From an uncultured virus (IMG/VR IMGVR_UViG_3300025660_000004) (Duplodnaviria; Heunggongvirae; Uroviricota; Caudoviricetes), in IMG/VR virus record IMGVR_UViG_3300025660_000004: a DNA stretch of 64,000 nucleotides; one strand, 5' to 3'. Shown piece after piece: positions 17,962-27,366 of the stretch. The first letter of the stretch is position 1, and each line of letters starts with the position of its first letter. The translations under genes and the position numbers were made by a program. The notes beneath the pieces were generated by a model. That model did no database searches and was not told the origin of the DNA. It saw only the letters and a program-made list of their open reading frames with translations.

Positions 17962-18491
17962 CAGAACTGCTCGCCTCCCATGAGGCGGTTGGCGAGGTCG
18001 TCCAGGTCGCCCTGGAAGCCGCAGACCACCCCGTTGTAGGCGTTCTTGCAGGGGTCGAACCGGACGCTGGCGAACGTCCCGTGAACGCGGGTCATCAGCA
18101 TGTCGTGAGCGTCCGGCCGCCACTCCTGGAGCACGTTGCGCAGGTCCACCACGGCTTTCCTGCTCATCCCTACGAAGCCGACCTTGAAGTCCACCCGGCT
18201 CGCCGCAGGCGGCAGTTGGGGCTGGCTGACGGCAGCCACGACGTAGTGCCGGGTGTAGGGCTTGCTCGACACGCCCTGCTCCTGCCTCTGGAACAGGAGA
18301 GCATTCCCCGTGTTCTTGTCCGTGAAGAACGACAGGCGGACCTGGTCGCCCTGCTTGAGCTTGACCCAGTCGGGCGACACACGCGAGGGCGGCAGGTCCC
18401 CCAAGGCCAGGTCCGCGAAGGAGAACGGCTTGGTGGGCGGCAGGGGTGCCACAGGGACCTTCTCGTCCCAAAACCAGTCAGGCAACGGCAT
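17961..18491 (-). CDS. tag-family protein (MPLPDWFWDE), possibly degenerate ssDNA-binding-like domain
   Basis: Tag; promoter upstream; SSB resemblance is weak inference. Confidence 0.65.
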   Translation of the reverse strand: MPLPDWFWDEKVPVAPLPPTKPFSFADLALGDLPPSRVSPDWVKLKQGDQVRLSFFTDKNTGNALLFQRQEQGVSSKPYTRHYVVAAVSQPQLPPAASRVDFKVGFVGMSRKAVVDLRNVLQEWRPDAHDMLMTRVHGTFASVRFDPCKNAYNGVVCGFQGDLDDLANRLMGGEQF

Positions 18492-18512
18492 CGGCTACAC
18501 CTCTCCAGCCAG

Positions 18513-18541
18513 ACTACGCCCCGACCTACTGCTCTGAGCCC
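18513..18541 (-). promoter_or_regulatory. phage promoter motif
   Basis: GGGCTCAGA-N14-CGTAGT. Confidence 0.75.
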
Positions 18542-19470
18542 TCGCCGTAGGGGCCGGTCAGGGTCAGGACGTGGCGGGACACCTCGTCCGCCGGACGCAA
18601 GAAGGTGACGTTGACCTTGCCATCCGTGTTCCCGACCCAGATGAGCTGGCCCGGAGGCATCAGCCTCTCGGCCTCGTAGCGCAAGGCGTAGTGGTCACCC
18701 CGGTCCTCGATGCAGACGGCCGGACCGAATCGCGCAGACGTGATCCAGCAGCCGGGGACGATGGCCGTGGGGTCGGTCGGCACACCGCCGAGGATCTCGG
18801 CAACCCGAACCGACAGGTCTGCGAGCGTGCCGTCGTTGTGGACGTGGTAGTCCACGAGAGCCTGAAACTCCGGGCTCTGGCGGGCCGTCTCGCTCCTGTG
18901 CCCCAGGGCCTCTGCGGAGAGCTGCTTGCGAGCTGCCTCCCGGTGGGTCTCGATGATGATCCCGCCCGCTGCCTTGACGGCCTCGATGTCCCGCAAGAAT
19001 CGACAGTCCGTGATGACGGCGAGTCCTTGGTGGACCGAGGCGGCCCGAGCCGCCCGGACGGCGTAGATCGCAGGGAAGGTGGCCTCGGCGAACTCCCCGC
19101 CGAGCTGCTGCATCGCGTGGCGAGGGGTCAGGTAGATGACGGCCTCCCCCTTGCAGACGGGGCAGGGCTGCCAGTTCGGCTCCGAGTAGCCCATGATGTC
19201 GGTGGACACGTCGCGGTAGCCCGGCCGGGGATTCTTCCCGTAGGGGCCGACCACGCAGTTGTGGCAGTCGCGCGGGTACCGCTCGTCCGGCACGTCCTTG
19301 AGGTCGCCGTCCGTGTGCTCCACGGTCCAGTCGTAGAGGTCCCGCAGGAACGCCTTGAGCGGTCCAGCGATCTGGATGCGCAGCAGGTTGTCCGTGGGAT
19401 GCAGAGCTTCGAGAGCGTTCGCCACGCTGTCCTTGCCGCTGCGGGCGATGCCAGTGAGTCCTACGATCAT
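18526..19470 (-). CDS. deoxynucleoside monophosphate kinase (phage dNMP kinase-like)
   Basis: GLTGIARSGKDS, TPRHAMQQLG, VITDCRF, HRSE, NDGTL. Confidence 0.85.
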   Translation of the reverse strand: MIVGLTGIARSGKDSVANALEALHPTDNLLRIQIAGPLKAFLRDLYDWTVEHTDGDLKDVPDERYPRDCHNCVVGPYGKNPRPGYRDVSTDIMGYSEPNWQPCPVCKGEAVIYLTPRHAMQQLGGEFAEATFPAIYAVRAARAASVHQGLAVITDCRFLRDIEAVKAAGGIIIETHREAARKQLSAEALGHRSETARQSPEFQALVDYHVHNDGTLADLSVRVAEILGGVPTDPTAIVPGCWITSARFGPAVCIEDRGDHYALRYEAERLMPPGQLIWVGNTDGKVNVTFLRPADEVSRHVLTLTGPYGEGSEQ

Positions 19471-19473
19471 GCG

Positions 19474-20301
19474 CTACACGTCCAGTCCGGCCTCTGTCGG
19501 GATCTCGATGCCGACCACGGACTTGATCGACTCCTTCCACTTGATGCGGGGCTCGTCCTTCAGCCGGGCGTACAGCGCGAGGATGCGCTCGTCCCTCTGC
19601 GACTCGACCAGGGCCTCGGCCGCCCGCATCAGCTTCACGTCGTCGCCGAAGCCGTTGCGCTTCAGCCTCTCCGTGGCCTTGTTCATCTTGCCGAGCCACA
19701 CGGCGTCGGTGACGAAGGGGACGACGGAGCGGAACGTGTGGACGATGCGCTCCTCCTGCGTGTCGAGCATCGGCTCCATCGACACAGAGGTCTTGAACCC
19801 CTGTCGGTGGGCGTGCTTGAGGGCACCAAGCCGCTCCTGGAAGTCCGGGGCTCCGGGCTCCCACAGGGTCAGCGTGTCGTCGTTGCACGACCCGATGGTG
19901 AACCGGAAGAGGATCTGGTCCTTGTAGGCGGCGTAGGCCGCGCACATGGTCTCGACCGTCAGCCGGTGGGGCTTGCTGACCACCAGCACGTCGTTGCCCT
20001 TGGCCAGCAGCCGACCGAGGATCAGGAGGGTGTGCTCCATGTTCGCCGGAGTGATGTCGTGCGTGGTCGGGAACATGACCGTCCCCTTCCGCTTGCTGAA
20101 GCCCTTGCGGAGCAGCTTCGGCTGGACGACCTCATCGGCCCACTGGCCGGGCTCGACCCGTCCGAAGCGGCGGGCAGACGACCGGGCGTAGCAGTAGCGG
20201 CAGTCGTGCTCACAGCCGAGCATGACGTTCACGTTGCTGGACGCCCACTCGCGGGTGCCGGTGGCCGCTCTCGGGGCCTTGGGGGTCTTCGGGTCGGTCA
20301 C
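19474..20301 (-). CDS. radical SAM protein (Gp37/Gp68 or spore-photoproduct-lyase-like)
   Basis: CEHDCRYC (CxxxCxxC), SVSMEPML. Confidence 0.8.
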   Translation of the reverse strand: MTDPKTPKAPRAATGTREWASSNVNVMLGCEHDCRYCYARSSARRFGRVEPGQWADEVVQPKLLRKGFSKRKGTVMFPTTHDITPANMEHTLLILGRLLAKGNDVLVVSKPHRLTVETMCAAYAAYKDQILFRFTIGSCNDDTLTLWEPGAPDFQERLGALKHAHRQGFKTSVSMEPMLDTQEERIVHTFRSVVPFVTDAVWLGKMNKATERLKRNGFGDDVKLMRAAEALVESQRDERILALYARLKDEPRIKWKESIKSVVGIEIPTEAGLDV

Positions 20302-20312
20302 GGTCTTCTCTC

Positions 20313-21386
20313 CTAGCAGTCCAGCAGCCCGCCGACCCCGTCGATGGGGCCACCGGCTGCCAGCTTGTCGCTGGCCTTGTCCAGCTTGAGGGCGGCAGCA
20401 TCCACGCGGGCCACGGCATCGGTCAAGGCGGTCTTGAGCACGTCACCGAAGGCCGCCTGGATGACTGCCTTCCGACTCTCGTTGTTGTCCATCCGGTTGA
20501 GGGCGATGGTCGCCAGCTTCGCCAGTCGGTCGGTCATCGGGCTGCGAGGGATGAAGACACCGTGCGAGTCCCGCATCGTCGTCAGCTTGCCCTGCGGCAC
20601 CATCAGGTCGAACCCGGAGCCGTCCGGGGCGAACTTCGGGCGTCCGCCGTTGGCTCCGATGTCGTCCACCTCGAAGATGCGGAGACCGCTGCGTCCGTTG
20701 TCGAAGCGGTCATTGCGTCGGAGGCGGCCCACATGGAGGGATGGGAGGCGCGTGTTCACGATCCAGCACTCCTGCCCGTCCACCGGGGGGATGTCCCCGA
20801 TCCACGTCCCGCCGCTGCTGCTGTCGGTGATGATCTTGAACCGGGAAGCCGTGCCGCAGTCGGCCACATGCTCGAAGACCACCCGGTCTCCGTGGTAGTC
20901 GGCGTAGCGCGATGCAGCTTCCGACGCCGCGCTGAAATGCTCGACCTCTGCCTTGTGGGCCAGCCACTCAGCTTCGAGGATGGGGGCGACCAGTGCGGCG
21001 GCAGCATCGGCAACCAGCAGGTTCCGACGCTGCTTCACCTCATCGCGCCAGCCGTGGCCCTTGGCGATCTGCTCCGGCGTCGGCTGCGGGATGTCGGCGT
21101 AGGGGATGGTCTGGTCGTGCTCGGCCGTGCCGTGGGTCAGCACGATGGTGATGGAGCCGTCGAGTGCCTCGACCACGAGGGTCGCGTGACCTTTGATGAG
21201 GGGGAAGGTGCAGGTGCGGCCGACGACCATGTGGTTCCCGTCCACGTCCGCCCACTTGGCCTTGGTGTCCGGCTTGCCGGAGGCACCGGGGAAGCGGGAG
21301 GGCAGCACCTTGCTGACTGCCTCGACCACCCGGCAGCACATGGTCTGCTGGTCGGCTGGGCTCGTCTCGGCGGCTACGTCGGTCAT
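20313..21386 (-). CDS. hypothetical protein
   Basis: 357-aa ORF with promoter upstream. Confidence 0.7.
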   Translation of the reverse strand: MTDVAAETSPADQQTMCCRVVEAVSKVLPSRFPGASGKPDTKAKWADVDGNHMVVGRTCTFPLIKGHATLVVEALDGSITIVLTHGTAEHDQTIPYADIPQPTPEQIAKGHGWRDEVKQRRNLLVADAAAALVAPILEAEWLAHKAEVEHFSAASEAASRYADYHGDRVVFEHVADCGTASRFKIITDSSSGGTWIGDIPPVDGQECWIVNTRLPSLHVGRLRRNDRFDNGRSGLRIFEVDDIGANGGRPKFAPDGSGFDLMVPQGKLTTMRDSHGVFIPRSPMTDRLAKLATIALNRMDNNESRKAVIQAAFGDVLKTALTDAVARVDAAALKLDKASDKLAAGGPIDGVGGLLDC

Positions 21387-21420
21387 GGTCGTGGTCCCGT
21401 CGTCCAGAGGGTTCAGCTTG

Positions 21421-21448
21421 ACTACGGGTCGGGCTCCTCGTCTGAGCC
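21421..21448 (-). promoter_or_regulatory. phage promoter motif
   Basis: GGCTCAGA-N14-CGTAGT. Confidence 0.75.
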
Positions 21449-21472
21449 GTCAGCTTCGTCGTCGTCGGGCTC

Positions 21473-23452
21473 CTAGGGTCGGCCACCGAGCCGGGTCCAC
21501 ATCTCCTCGATGTCGATGATCTCGACCCCGTACTTGCGGGCCTTGGCGAGCTTCCCGCTGGTGCCCTTCGGGTCCTTGGCGACCAGGATGGTCAGGGCCT
21601 TGCCGACGCCGGACTTGACCGTCCCGCCAGCAGCCTCGATGGCCGTCTCGCAGGTGGCGTCCCGGACGTTGGTGAAGCACACCGACTTGCCCGAGAAGGC
21701 CCCTGTCGCCTGCGCTGCGATGGTGATGTGGGCCAGCAGGCCAGCGATGACGCCCCGGTCCAGGAGGTCCCAGAAGCCGTCCACGAAGGACTCAGCGCGG
21801 GTCTGACCCATGCCGGGGATGGCCGCGACCGTGGACACCTTGACCTTGCTCATCTTGTTGAGCGAGTCGAGCCCCGCGTCCACCAGCGTCTTCGCTGTCG
21901 AGCGACCGACGAGCGGGATGCCGAGGGAGCCGATGAAGACGTGCAGCGGGAGGGTCGTCTTGGCGTGCAGGTTGCGGAAGGCCTTGTCCGCCGTCCCGCC
22001 GACCTTGCGTCCGCCGATGTTCATCGCGGCGACCTTGGCCGGGTCCAGGGTGTAGAGGTCACCGATGCGCTCGACCGTGCCCGTCTCGCAGAGCATGTCG
22101 ATGAGGCTCGTCCCGAAGTGCAGGACGCCGATCTTGCTGATCCATCGCTTCATGGCTCCGCTGATCTGCGCGGGGCAGGAGTCCCCGTTCGGGCAGATCA
22201 GGTAGGCACCGTTGCGCTCGACGGCGGCGGCACAGTCGGGGCACTCGGTCGGGATGCTGAAGACGACGGCGTTGGCGTCGTCGTTCGGCTCCGTGACCGA
22301 CTCGACGTAGGGGATCACGTCGTTGCGGCGGGCCACCATGATCTCGTCACCGACCGAGAGGTTGGTCTGCCCGGCGTCGCCAGCCAGCTCGTCCATGTAG
22401 CCGATGTTGTGCAGACTGGCCTTGGAGACGTTCGCCCCCGCGAGGTTCACGGTGTCGAAGTCGGCCACCGGGGTCAGGCGACCAGACTTGCCGACCTGCC
22501 AGCGAATCGCCCGCAGGATGGTGACCTTCTGTGCATGGGGGAACTTCAGAGCGCGGGCACCGTTCGGCCGCATGTTGTGGCTGCCGAGGGCCTCACGCTC
22601 ATCCCGGTCGTTCAAGTCCACGACCAGCCCGTCGATGATCCAGTCCAGCTTGTCCCGCTCCGTGGCGACGTACTCATCGAAGACCGCGACCAACTCGTCG
22701 ATGGTGCTGACCAGGGCACACGGGGGAGTCACGAAGCCCATGTTCTCCAGAGCGTCGATCTCGGCGGACTTGGTGACGAGGGGGACGCCATCGGGGAGGA
22801 GCTGGTAGGCGACGACCGTGAGGTACTGGCACATGGACGAGTCGGTCTGCGACTTCGACTTGCCGGATGCCGTGTTCCGCTCGTTGGACTCGCCGGGGAA
22901 GTGGACCTTGAACTTGCTCCGGCGGACGACGATCTCGCCCCGGACGTTCACGCTGTCGGGCATCGACGCGGGGAGCACCCGGACGGCACCCTCCATCAGC
23001 AGGACGTTCCGCGTGATGTCCTCACCCGTGCTGCCGTCGCCTCGCGTGATGGCCTGGACCAGCTTCCGATGCCGGTACACCAGGTCGATGCTGATGCCGT
23101 CGAGCTTGTGGGTGATCGCCTTCTGGCCCTTGGCCTTGACCTTCGGCCACCACGACCGGAGGTCCGTGTGACCGTCAGAGGCGTTGGAGGCGTCCGCTGC
23201 CACGTCGGCCTCGAACTGGCACTTGTCCAGCGAGCCCATCGGGATTGCGTGAGCCGCCTTGGGCCACGAACCGCCAGAGGGGACCGCGACTCCCACCGTG
23301 TTCCACACGGCGTTGGTCGGGTCCAGCACCTTGAGGGCTGCCTCCTCCGTGTCGAACACCGCATCCGACACGAGGGGGGTACCACTGCGGTAGGCAGCGT
23401 TCCACCGTGCGAGGCGGGCGAATCGGTCAGCGAGGGAAAGGGGCTTGCTCAT
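21473..23452 (-). CDS. ligA: NAD-dependent DNA ligase
   Basis: KLDG adenylation motif, TRGDG.GEDIT, VRGE, DGLV, WQVGKSGRLTPVA, C4 zinc finger, HhH, C-terminal BRCT. Confidence 0.96.
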   Translation of the reverse strand: MSKPLSLADRFARLARWNAAYRSGTPLVSDAVFDTEEAALKVLDPTNAVWNTVGVAVPSGGSWPKAAHAIPMGSLDKCQFEADVAADASNASDGHTDLRSWWPKVKAKGQKAITHKLDGISIDLVYRHRKLVQAITRGDGSTGEDITRNVLLMEGAVRVLPASMPDSVNVRGEIVVRRSKFKVHFPGESNERNTASGKSKSQTDSSMCQYLTVVAYQLLPDGVPLVTKSAEIDALENMGFVTPPCALVSTIDELVAVFDEYVATERDKLDWIIDGLVVDLNDRDEREALGSHNMRPNGARALKFPHAQKVTILRAIRWQVGKSGRLTPVADFDTVNLAGANVSKASLHNIGYMDELAGDAGQTNLSVGDEIMVARRNDVIPYVESVTEPNDDANAVVFSIPTECPDCAAAVERNGAYLICPNGDSCPAQISGAMKRWISKIGVLHFGTSLIDMLCETGTVERIGDLYTLDPAKVAAMNIGGRKVGGTADKAFRNLHAKTTLPLHVFIGSLGIPLVGRSTAKTLVDAGLDSLNKMSKVKVSTVAAIPGMGQTRAESFVDGFWDLLDRGVIAGLLAHITIAAQATGAFSGKSVCFTNVRDATCETAIEAAGGTVKSGVGKALTILVAKDPKGTSGKLAKARKYGVEIIDIEEMWTRLGGRP

Positions 23453-23490
23453 TCGTGGTGCTCCGTGAGGGTCGGTGCCCTCTCTTCACT

Positions 23491-23519
23491 ACTACTCGCG
23501 CGGGCCGGGATCTGAGCCC
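23491..23519 (-). promoter_or_regulatory. phage promoter motif
   Basis: GGGCTCAGA-N14-AGTAGT. Confidence 0.75.
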
Positions 23520-23716
23520 CTGACGGGGACTCGGGTGGTCCACTTGTGGCCGTTCGCACACTCGAATCGGGTGATGACGATGCCGTCCACCGTCTTGCCC
23601 CCGATGTAGTGGGTCTTCGAGGGCTCTGTGCAGGTCTCGCACTTCGGGTCGTTCGGTGCTCCCGTCGCCGGGGCGTCGTGAACCAGGTGCCAGTCGTATC
23701 GTCCGCGACCGCCCAT
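23492..23716 (-). CDS. small zinc-ribbon protein
   Basis: CETC...CANGHKW. Confidence 0.6.
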   Translation of the reverse strand: MGGRGRYDWHLVHDAPATGAPNDPKCETCTEPSKTHYIGGKTVDGIVITRFECANGHKWTTRVPVRGSDPGPRE

Positions 23717-23853
23717 CAGGAGCCTCTGACTCGGCTGATCAGCTTGCGGAGGTAGTTGCGGGCCATCCCCAGGCCGACCGTGATGCCAGCGAGGCTCGGG
23801 AGGAGCATCTGCTCCCCGCAGCCGCCGCCGAAGATGTGCAGGAGGTGTTCCAT
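23716..23853 (-). CDS. small hydrophobic protein
   Basis: 45-aa ORF MEHLLHIFGGGC..., GGAG RBS, TGATG coupling. Confidence 0.55.
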   Translation of the reverse strand: MEHLLHIFGGGCGEQMLLPSLAGITVGLGMARNYLRKLISRVRGS

Positions 23854-23872
23854 CTGTCTCCGTTCGCGGGTC

Positions 23873-23901
23873 ACTACGCGGCGGGTGCCCCGTCTGAGCC
23901 C
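23873..23901 (-). promoter_or_regulatory. phage promoter motif
   Basis: GGGCTCAGA-N14-CGTAGT. Confidence 0.75.
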
Positions 23902-24485
23902 TACGCCAGCGGGGCGTGGTTGGTGAGGGGGGCGTCGTTGACGAGGTAGGAGGCTGCCACCCAGGCCACGTCCATCCGGCGTCCGTTGCCGTCCTTGCGA
24001 CCCGTCAGGTCGAGGCCGACGCGGGTGGGCTTGCGGAGGTCGTCCATCCAGAAGACCTGACCGACCGTACCCTTGCGGACCTTGCGACCGGCGACGACTC
24101 GCATCGTCTTGCCACGGGCCACCCGGTTGTGGGCGTCCTGTGCCCGCTGGCGGGACTGCTGGACTCGCCGGGCTTCGCTGGCGACCTTGGCCGCTCGGGC
24201 GGCGATGTCGCGCTCCTGCTTGATGGTCTCCAGCACCGCGTCAGAGGCGTCGATGGTCGAGTGACCGTAGGTGCTGTTGCACTCGAACTGGTAGCCGAGG
24301 CTGACGGTCTCGACCTGCTTGGTCTCGGGGTTCCAGACGTTGACGTAACTCACGTCGCAGTACACGTCCGACATTGCACGGACTTCGCGGGTCCAGCTCT
24401 CGCTCACCACCAGACCCTCATGGGTCGTCCATCGCTTGATGACTTCGCGGCTGTTCACCTTGTACTGGGTCCAGTCAATCGCCAT
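23901..24485 (-). CDS. hypothetical protein with C-terminal KOW/SH3-like segment
   Basis: GKTMRVVAGRKVRKGTVGQVFW. Confidence 0.7.
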   Translation of the reverse strand: MAIDWTQYKVNSREVIKRWTTHEGLVVSESWTREVRAMSDVYCDVSYVNVWNPETKQVETVSLGYQFECNSTYGHSTIDASDAVLETIKQERDIAARAAKVASEARRVQQSRQRAQDAHNRVARGKTMRVVAGRKVRKGTVGQVFWMDDLRKPTRVGLDLTGRKDGNGRRMDVAWVAASYLVNDAPLTNHAPLA

Positions 24486-24521
24486 GTCGTCTCTCCGTCT
24501 CGGGTTCTCGCTTACACCCCT

Positions 24522-24550
24522 ACTACGGGCCGGTTCCGGGTTCTGAGCCC
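24522..24550 (-). promoter_or_regulatory. phage promoter motif (divergent pair)
   Basis: GGGCTCAGA-N14-CGTAGT. Confidence 0.75.
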
Positions 24551-24556
24551 CAATCG

Positions 24557-24582
24557 TATTCGCTATTCGCGAATAGCGAATA
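24557..24582. repeat. perfect 26-bp palindrome
   Basis: TATTCGCTATTCGCGAATAGCGAATA. Confidence 0.9.
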
Positions 24583-24642
24583 TCCAGCGTTTACGCGGAC
24601 TTGCGCGGGCGGTGGGCAAGAATCTGGAATACCTGCGGACCG

Positions 24643-24671
24643 GGGCTCAGAACCTCGACCCCCTCCGTAGT
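24643..24671 (+). promoter_or_regulatory. phage promoter motif (divergent pair)
   Basis: GGGCTCAGA-N14-CGTAGT. Confidence 0.75.
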
Positions 24672-24709
24672 AGGGGTGCAAGAGAGAACGACCCCGACCG
24701 GAGACGACG

Positions 24710-24925
24710 ATGGCACAGCCCCGAGGACGAGCAGCACGACGCGACACGCAGAGCAAGGCCAAGGGCCGAGCAGCGCGGCAGCTCCGTGCGATGGGGCTGG
24801 ACAGCGGAGCGGGTGCGGCGGGACGACGAGCCAACCACGGCAGCTTCCGCACCTCGGAGCCCTACAAGCGAAACGGCCTCGACCTCCGCAGGCCACGGAT
24901 GACCAACGAAGACTGGAGCGAGTGA
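24710..24925 (+). CDS. small Arg-rich protein
   Basis: MAQPRGRAARR; GGAG RBS. Confidence 0.6.
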   Translation: MAQPRGRAARRDTQSKAKGRAARQLRAMGLDSGAGAAGRRANHGSFRTSEPYKRNGLDLRRPRMTNEDWSE

Positions 24926-25182
24926 TGGCAAAGCCCCGAGGACGCGCGGCACGACGCGCACAGGTTGACCGAGCGAAGGATCGCAGCCGCCGCACCTGGC
25001 GTGAGATTGATGCGCAGGACGGGAACCGCACCACCCACGGACGCGACCAGGACCCCCGCTGGGTCGGTATGCGGGCCACCACCCGCACCTTCGCGTCTCA
25101 GGAGGATCGCTCCTGGCGAGGCGCTCACAAGCGGGCTGCTGTCGCCCACGACACCGCAGAGCAGGTCCGAGAGGCTCAGTAG
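24925..25182 (+). CDS. small Arg-rich protein (paralogous N-terminus)
   Basis: MAKPRGRAARR; TGATG coupling. Confidence 0.6.
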   Translation: MAKPRGRAARRAQVDRAKDRSRRTWREIDAQDGNRTTHGRDQDPRWVGMRATTRTFASQEDRSWRGAHKRAAVAHDTAEQVREAQ

Positions 25183-25200
25183 CCCCGACCGGCCCGTAGT
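25173..25200 (+). promoter_or_regulatory. phage promoter motif
   Basis: GGCTCAGT-N14-CGTAGT. Confidence 0.7.
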
Positions 25201-25211
25201 GACCACGGACG

Positions 25212-25619
25212 ATGGAGACAACGACGATGCGAGACGCTTCCGAATACTTCGCCAAGACCGTGCTCAAGGTCATCGCCCCCGATGGCAGCGAGCGCGTCTA
25301 CCAGGCCGGACAGGTGGTCCGCCGCCTCAACCAGACCGACCGCTGGTCTGACTGCCTCATCCTCGGCTTCAGCGCCCCCGACAAGTACGGCACGGTCGGC
25401 GTCAAGATGGTCCGCCCCTTCGCCTACGCCTCCTGCATCGGAACGACCTGCCCCGGTGGCCTGTTCGGACACGAGGACATCACCGTCACGATGACGGATC
25501 TGGTGGAGCGGTTCACGGTGCCCGGAACCGAACACCCGATGGTCAGCGGCTCTGTCGCCCCCATCGACCGCCCCTACACCGACGAAGTCCTCGACCTCCG
25601 ACCGGGGGCTCAGAAGTAG
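25212..25619 (+). CDS. hypothetical protein
   Basis: 135-aa ORF after promoter (start may be the second Met). Confidence 0.65.
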   Translation: METTTMRDASEYFAKTVLKVIAPDGSERVYQAGQVVRRLNQTDRWSDCLILGFSAPDKYGTVGVKMVRPFAYASCIGTTCPGGLFGHEDITVTMTDLVERFTVPGTEHPMVSGSVAPIDRPYTDEVLDLRPGAQK

Positions 25620-25634
25620 CCACCCGCGAGTAGT
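25606..25634 (+). promoter_or_regulatory. phage promoter motif
   Basis: GGGCTCAGA-N14-AGTAGT. Confidence 0.75.
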
Positions 25635-25679
25635 AGAGGCACAGGACGACCAGCAAGCATCAACGGAGTGAACGAAGAC

Positions 25680-27233
25680 ATGGCCCCCAAGATCGTCAGA
25701 CAATGCACCCTTCAGAACACCGACCTCACCGGCAAGGTGAGCGGTTGCACGACCCTCGGATCGAACAAGTTCTGGAAGGGCTGGGTCGAGGATCTCGGCA
25801 ACGGCTCCGCGAACTTCTGCTGCCAGTGGGGAGCCACGGGCACCCCCGGCAAGACCACCGGCTCCAAGCACGGCATCAGCCTCTCCGCTGCCATCGCCCT
25901 CTACGACAAAAAGCGCAAGTCGAAGCTGTCGCCCAAGAAGGGTTACACGGAGCTGGAAGTCCGCGACGACGCCGAAGAGGCCGCCAAGGCGAAGGCCGCT
26001 GGAGTCGTCATCCCCACCAAGGCCAAGGCGAAGGCCAAGGCGGTCAAGGCCCGCACCTTCGACCCGGCGGTGTCCACCCTCCTTCACACCATCTACCAGT
26101 CCACGGCGAACACCGTCCGACGCGGCCTCTCCGCGCAGGCGGGTTCCACCGACGACAACCCCATCGGCAACCTCTCCGACCGTCAACTCGACATCGGCGG
26201 TGGCCGACTGGACGAAGTCGAAGCCGTGCTGGTCGCTGAGTTCGGTCGCGAGACGGCTGACAACAAGGGCCAGACGCTCCCGCTGGGCCGCGACGGTGCC
26301 CCCTCCGACCGCATCATCACCCTGACCAACGAGTACATGAGCAACGTCCCCCGGAGCATCGACCGGGCGGATCGTGGCCTTCGGAACCTCCACCGTCTCG
26401 TCATCAGCAGCTTCGAGCGGCTGGCCGAGCAGCGGCGATTCCTTCAGCTTCTCCGCGACGCCCACGTCGCCAAGGCGGTCTTCGCACAGGCGGCGGTCCA
26501 GACATCGACGGGCGGCAAGGAGGCGGTCTGGTACGACGGTCTCGGCTGCGACATCGAGGCTCTGCGACCCGGAAGCGACGACTACAAGTTCGTGGCCCGC
26601 GTGTTCAACAACCAGCAGTCCCGCCACAACGCGAACTGGTGGCGTGGCAGCAAGTCCCGCCTCCGCATCGTCCGGGTCTTCAAGTTCAGCCGTCAGGGCA
26701 CCGAGGCTGCGTTCCTGAAGTACGCCAAGAGCGTCAAGGCCAAGCGGGGAGCCACCGGCAACATCTTCGCCTGGCACGGCACCCGCACCCCGAACCTGCT
26801 CGGCATCGGTAAGAGCGGGCTCCTGATGCCCGAAAACCTGCCTCGCGGCGTCCACACGACCGGCAAGGCGTTCGGCAACGGCATCTACCACGCCCCCGCG
26901 TGGAACGCGACCGACACCAAGATCGTCGCCGGGAACAAGACCGATGGGACCAACGGTGCCCTGAAGTCCATGAACTACACCGGCCACCACGCCAGCTACT
27001 ACGGAGGCTCCGGCACCGGCAACGCCTTCATGTACCTCCAGGAGGTCGCTCTCGGCATCCCGGACGTGCGGCACTCGGCCTGCTTCAACCAGCGACGCCC
27101 GAACGGCTGGCCCCAGAAGGACTGGACCTACGCCAACGCGGGCGGCTGCCGCACCCTGACCCACGACGAAGTCGTGACCTACGACGAGAACGCGCAGATG
27201 TTCCGCTACCTCGTCGAAATCGCGGTGGACTAG
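25680..27233 (+). CDS. WGR-domain poly(ADP-ribose) polymerase-like ADP-ribosyltransferase
   Basis: WGR-like SNKFW..QWG..KKGY; regulatory-like PIGNLS..LTNEYMSNVP; catalytic WHGTR, GKAFGNGIY, KSMNY, DEVVTY (H-Y-E triad). Confidence 0.9.
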   Translation: MAPKIVRQCTLQNTDLTGKVSGCTTLGSNKFWKGWVEDLGNGSANFCCQWGATGTPGKTTGSKHGISLSAAIALYDKKRKSKLSPKKGYTELEVRDDAEEAAKAKAAGVVIPTKAKAKAKAVKARTFDPAVSTLLHTIYQSTANTVRRGLSAQAGSTDDNPIGNLSDRQLDIGGGRLDEVEAVLVAEFGRETADNKGQTLPLGRDGAPSDRIITLTNEYMSNVPRSIDRADRGLRNLHRLVISSFERLAEQRRFLQLLRDAHVAKAVFAQAAVQTSTGGKEAVWYDGLGCDIEALRPGSDDYKFVARVFNNQQSRHNANWWRGSKSRLRIVRVFKFSRQGTEAAFLKYAKSVKAKRGATGNIFAWHGTRTPNLLGIGKSGLLMPENLPRGVHTTGKAFGNGIYHAPAWNATDTKIVAGNKTDGTNGALKSMNYTGHHASYYGGSGTGNAFMYLQEVALGIPDVRHSACFNQRRPNGWPQKDWTYANAGGCRTLTHDEVVTYDENAQMFRYLVEIAVD

Positions 27234-27262
27234 GGGCTCAGACCCCACCACCCGCGAGTAGT
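27234..27262 (+). promoter_or_regulatory. phage promoter motif
   Basis: GGGCTCAGA-N14-AGTAGT. Confidence 0.75.
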
Positions 27263-27366
27263 ACAGATACCCAAGGGGGCGGCTTCCGAGCCAAAGCGTT
27301 GCTGACGCCCGGAAGCGCCCTCCCACAACCCCCCGCCTCCGTGGCAAGGACCAGAGGAACAAGACC

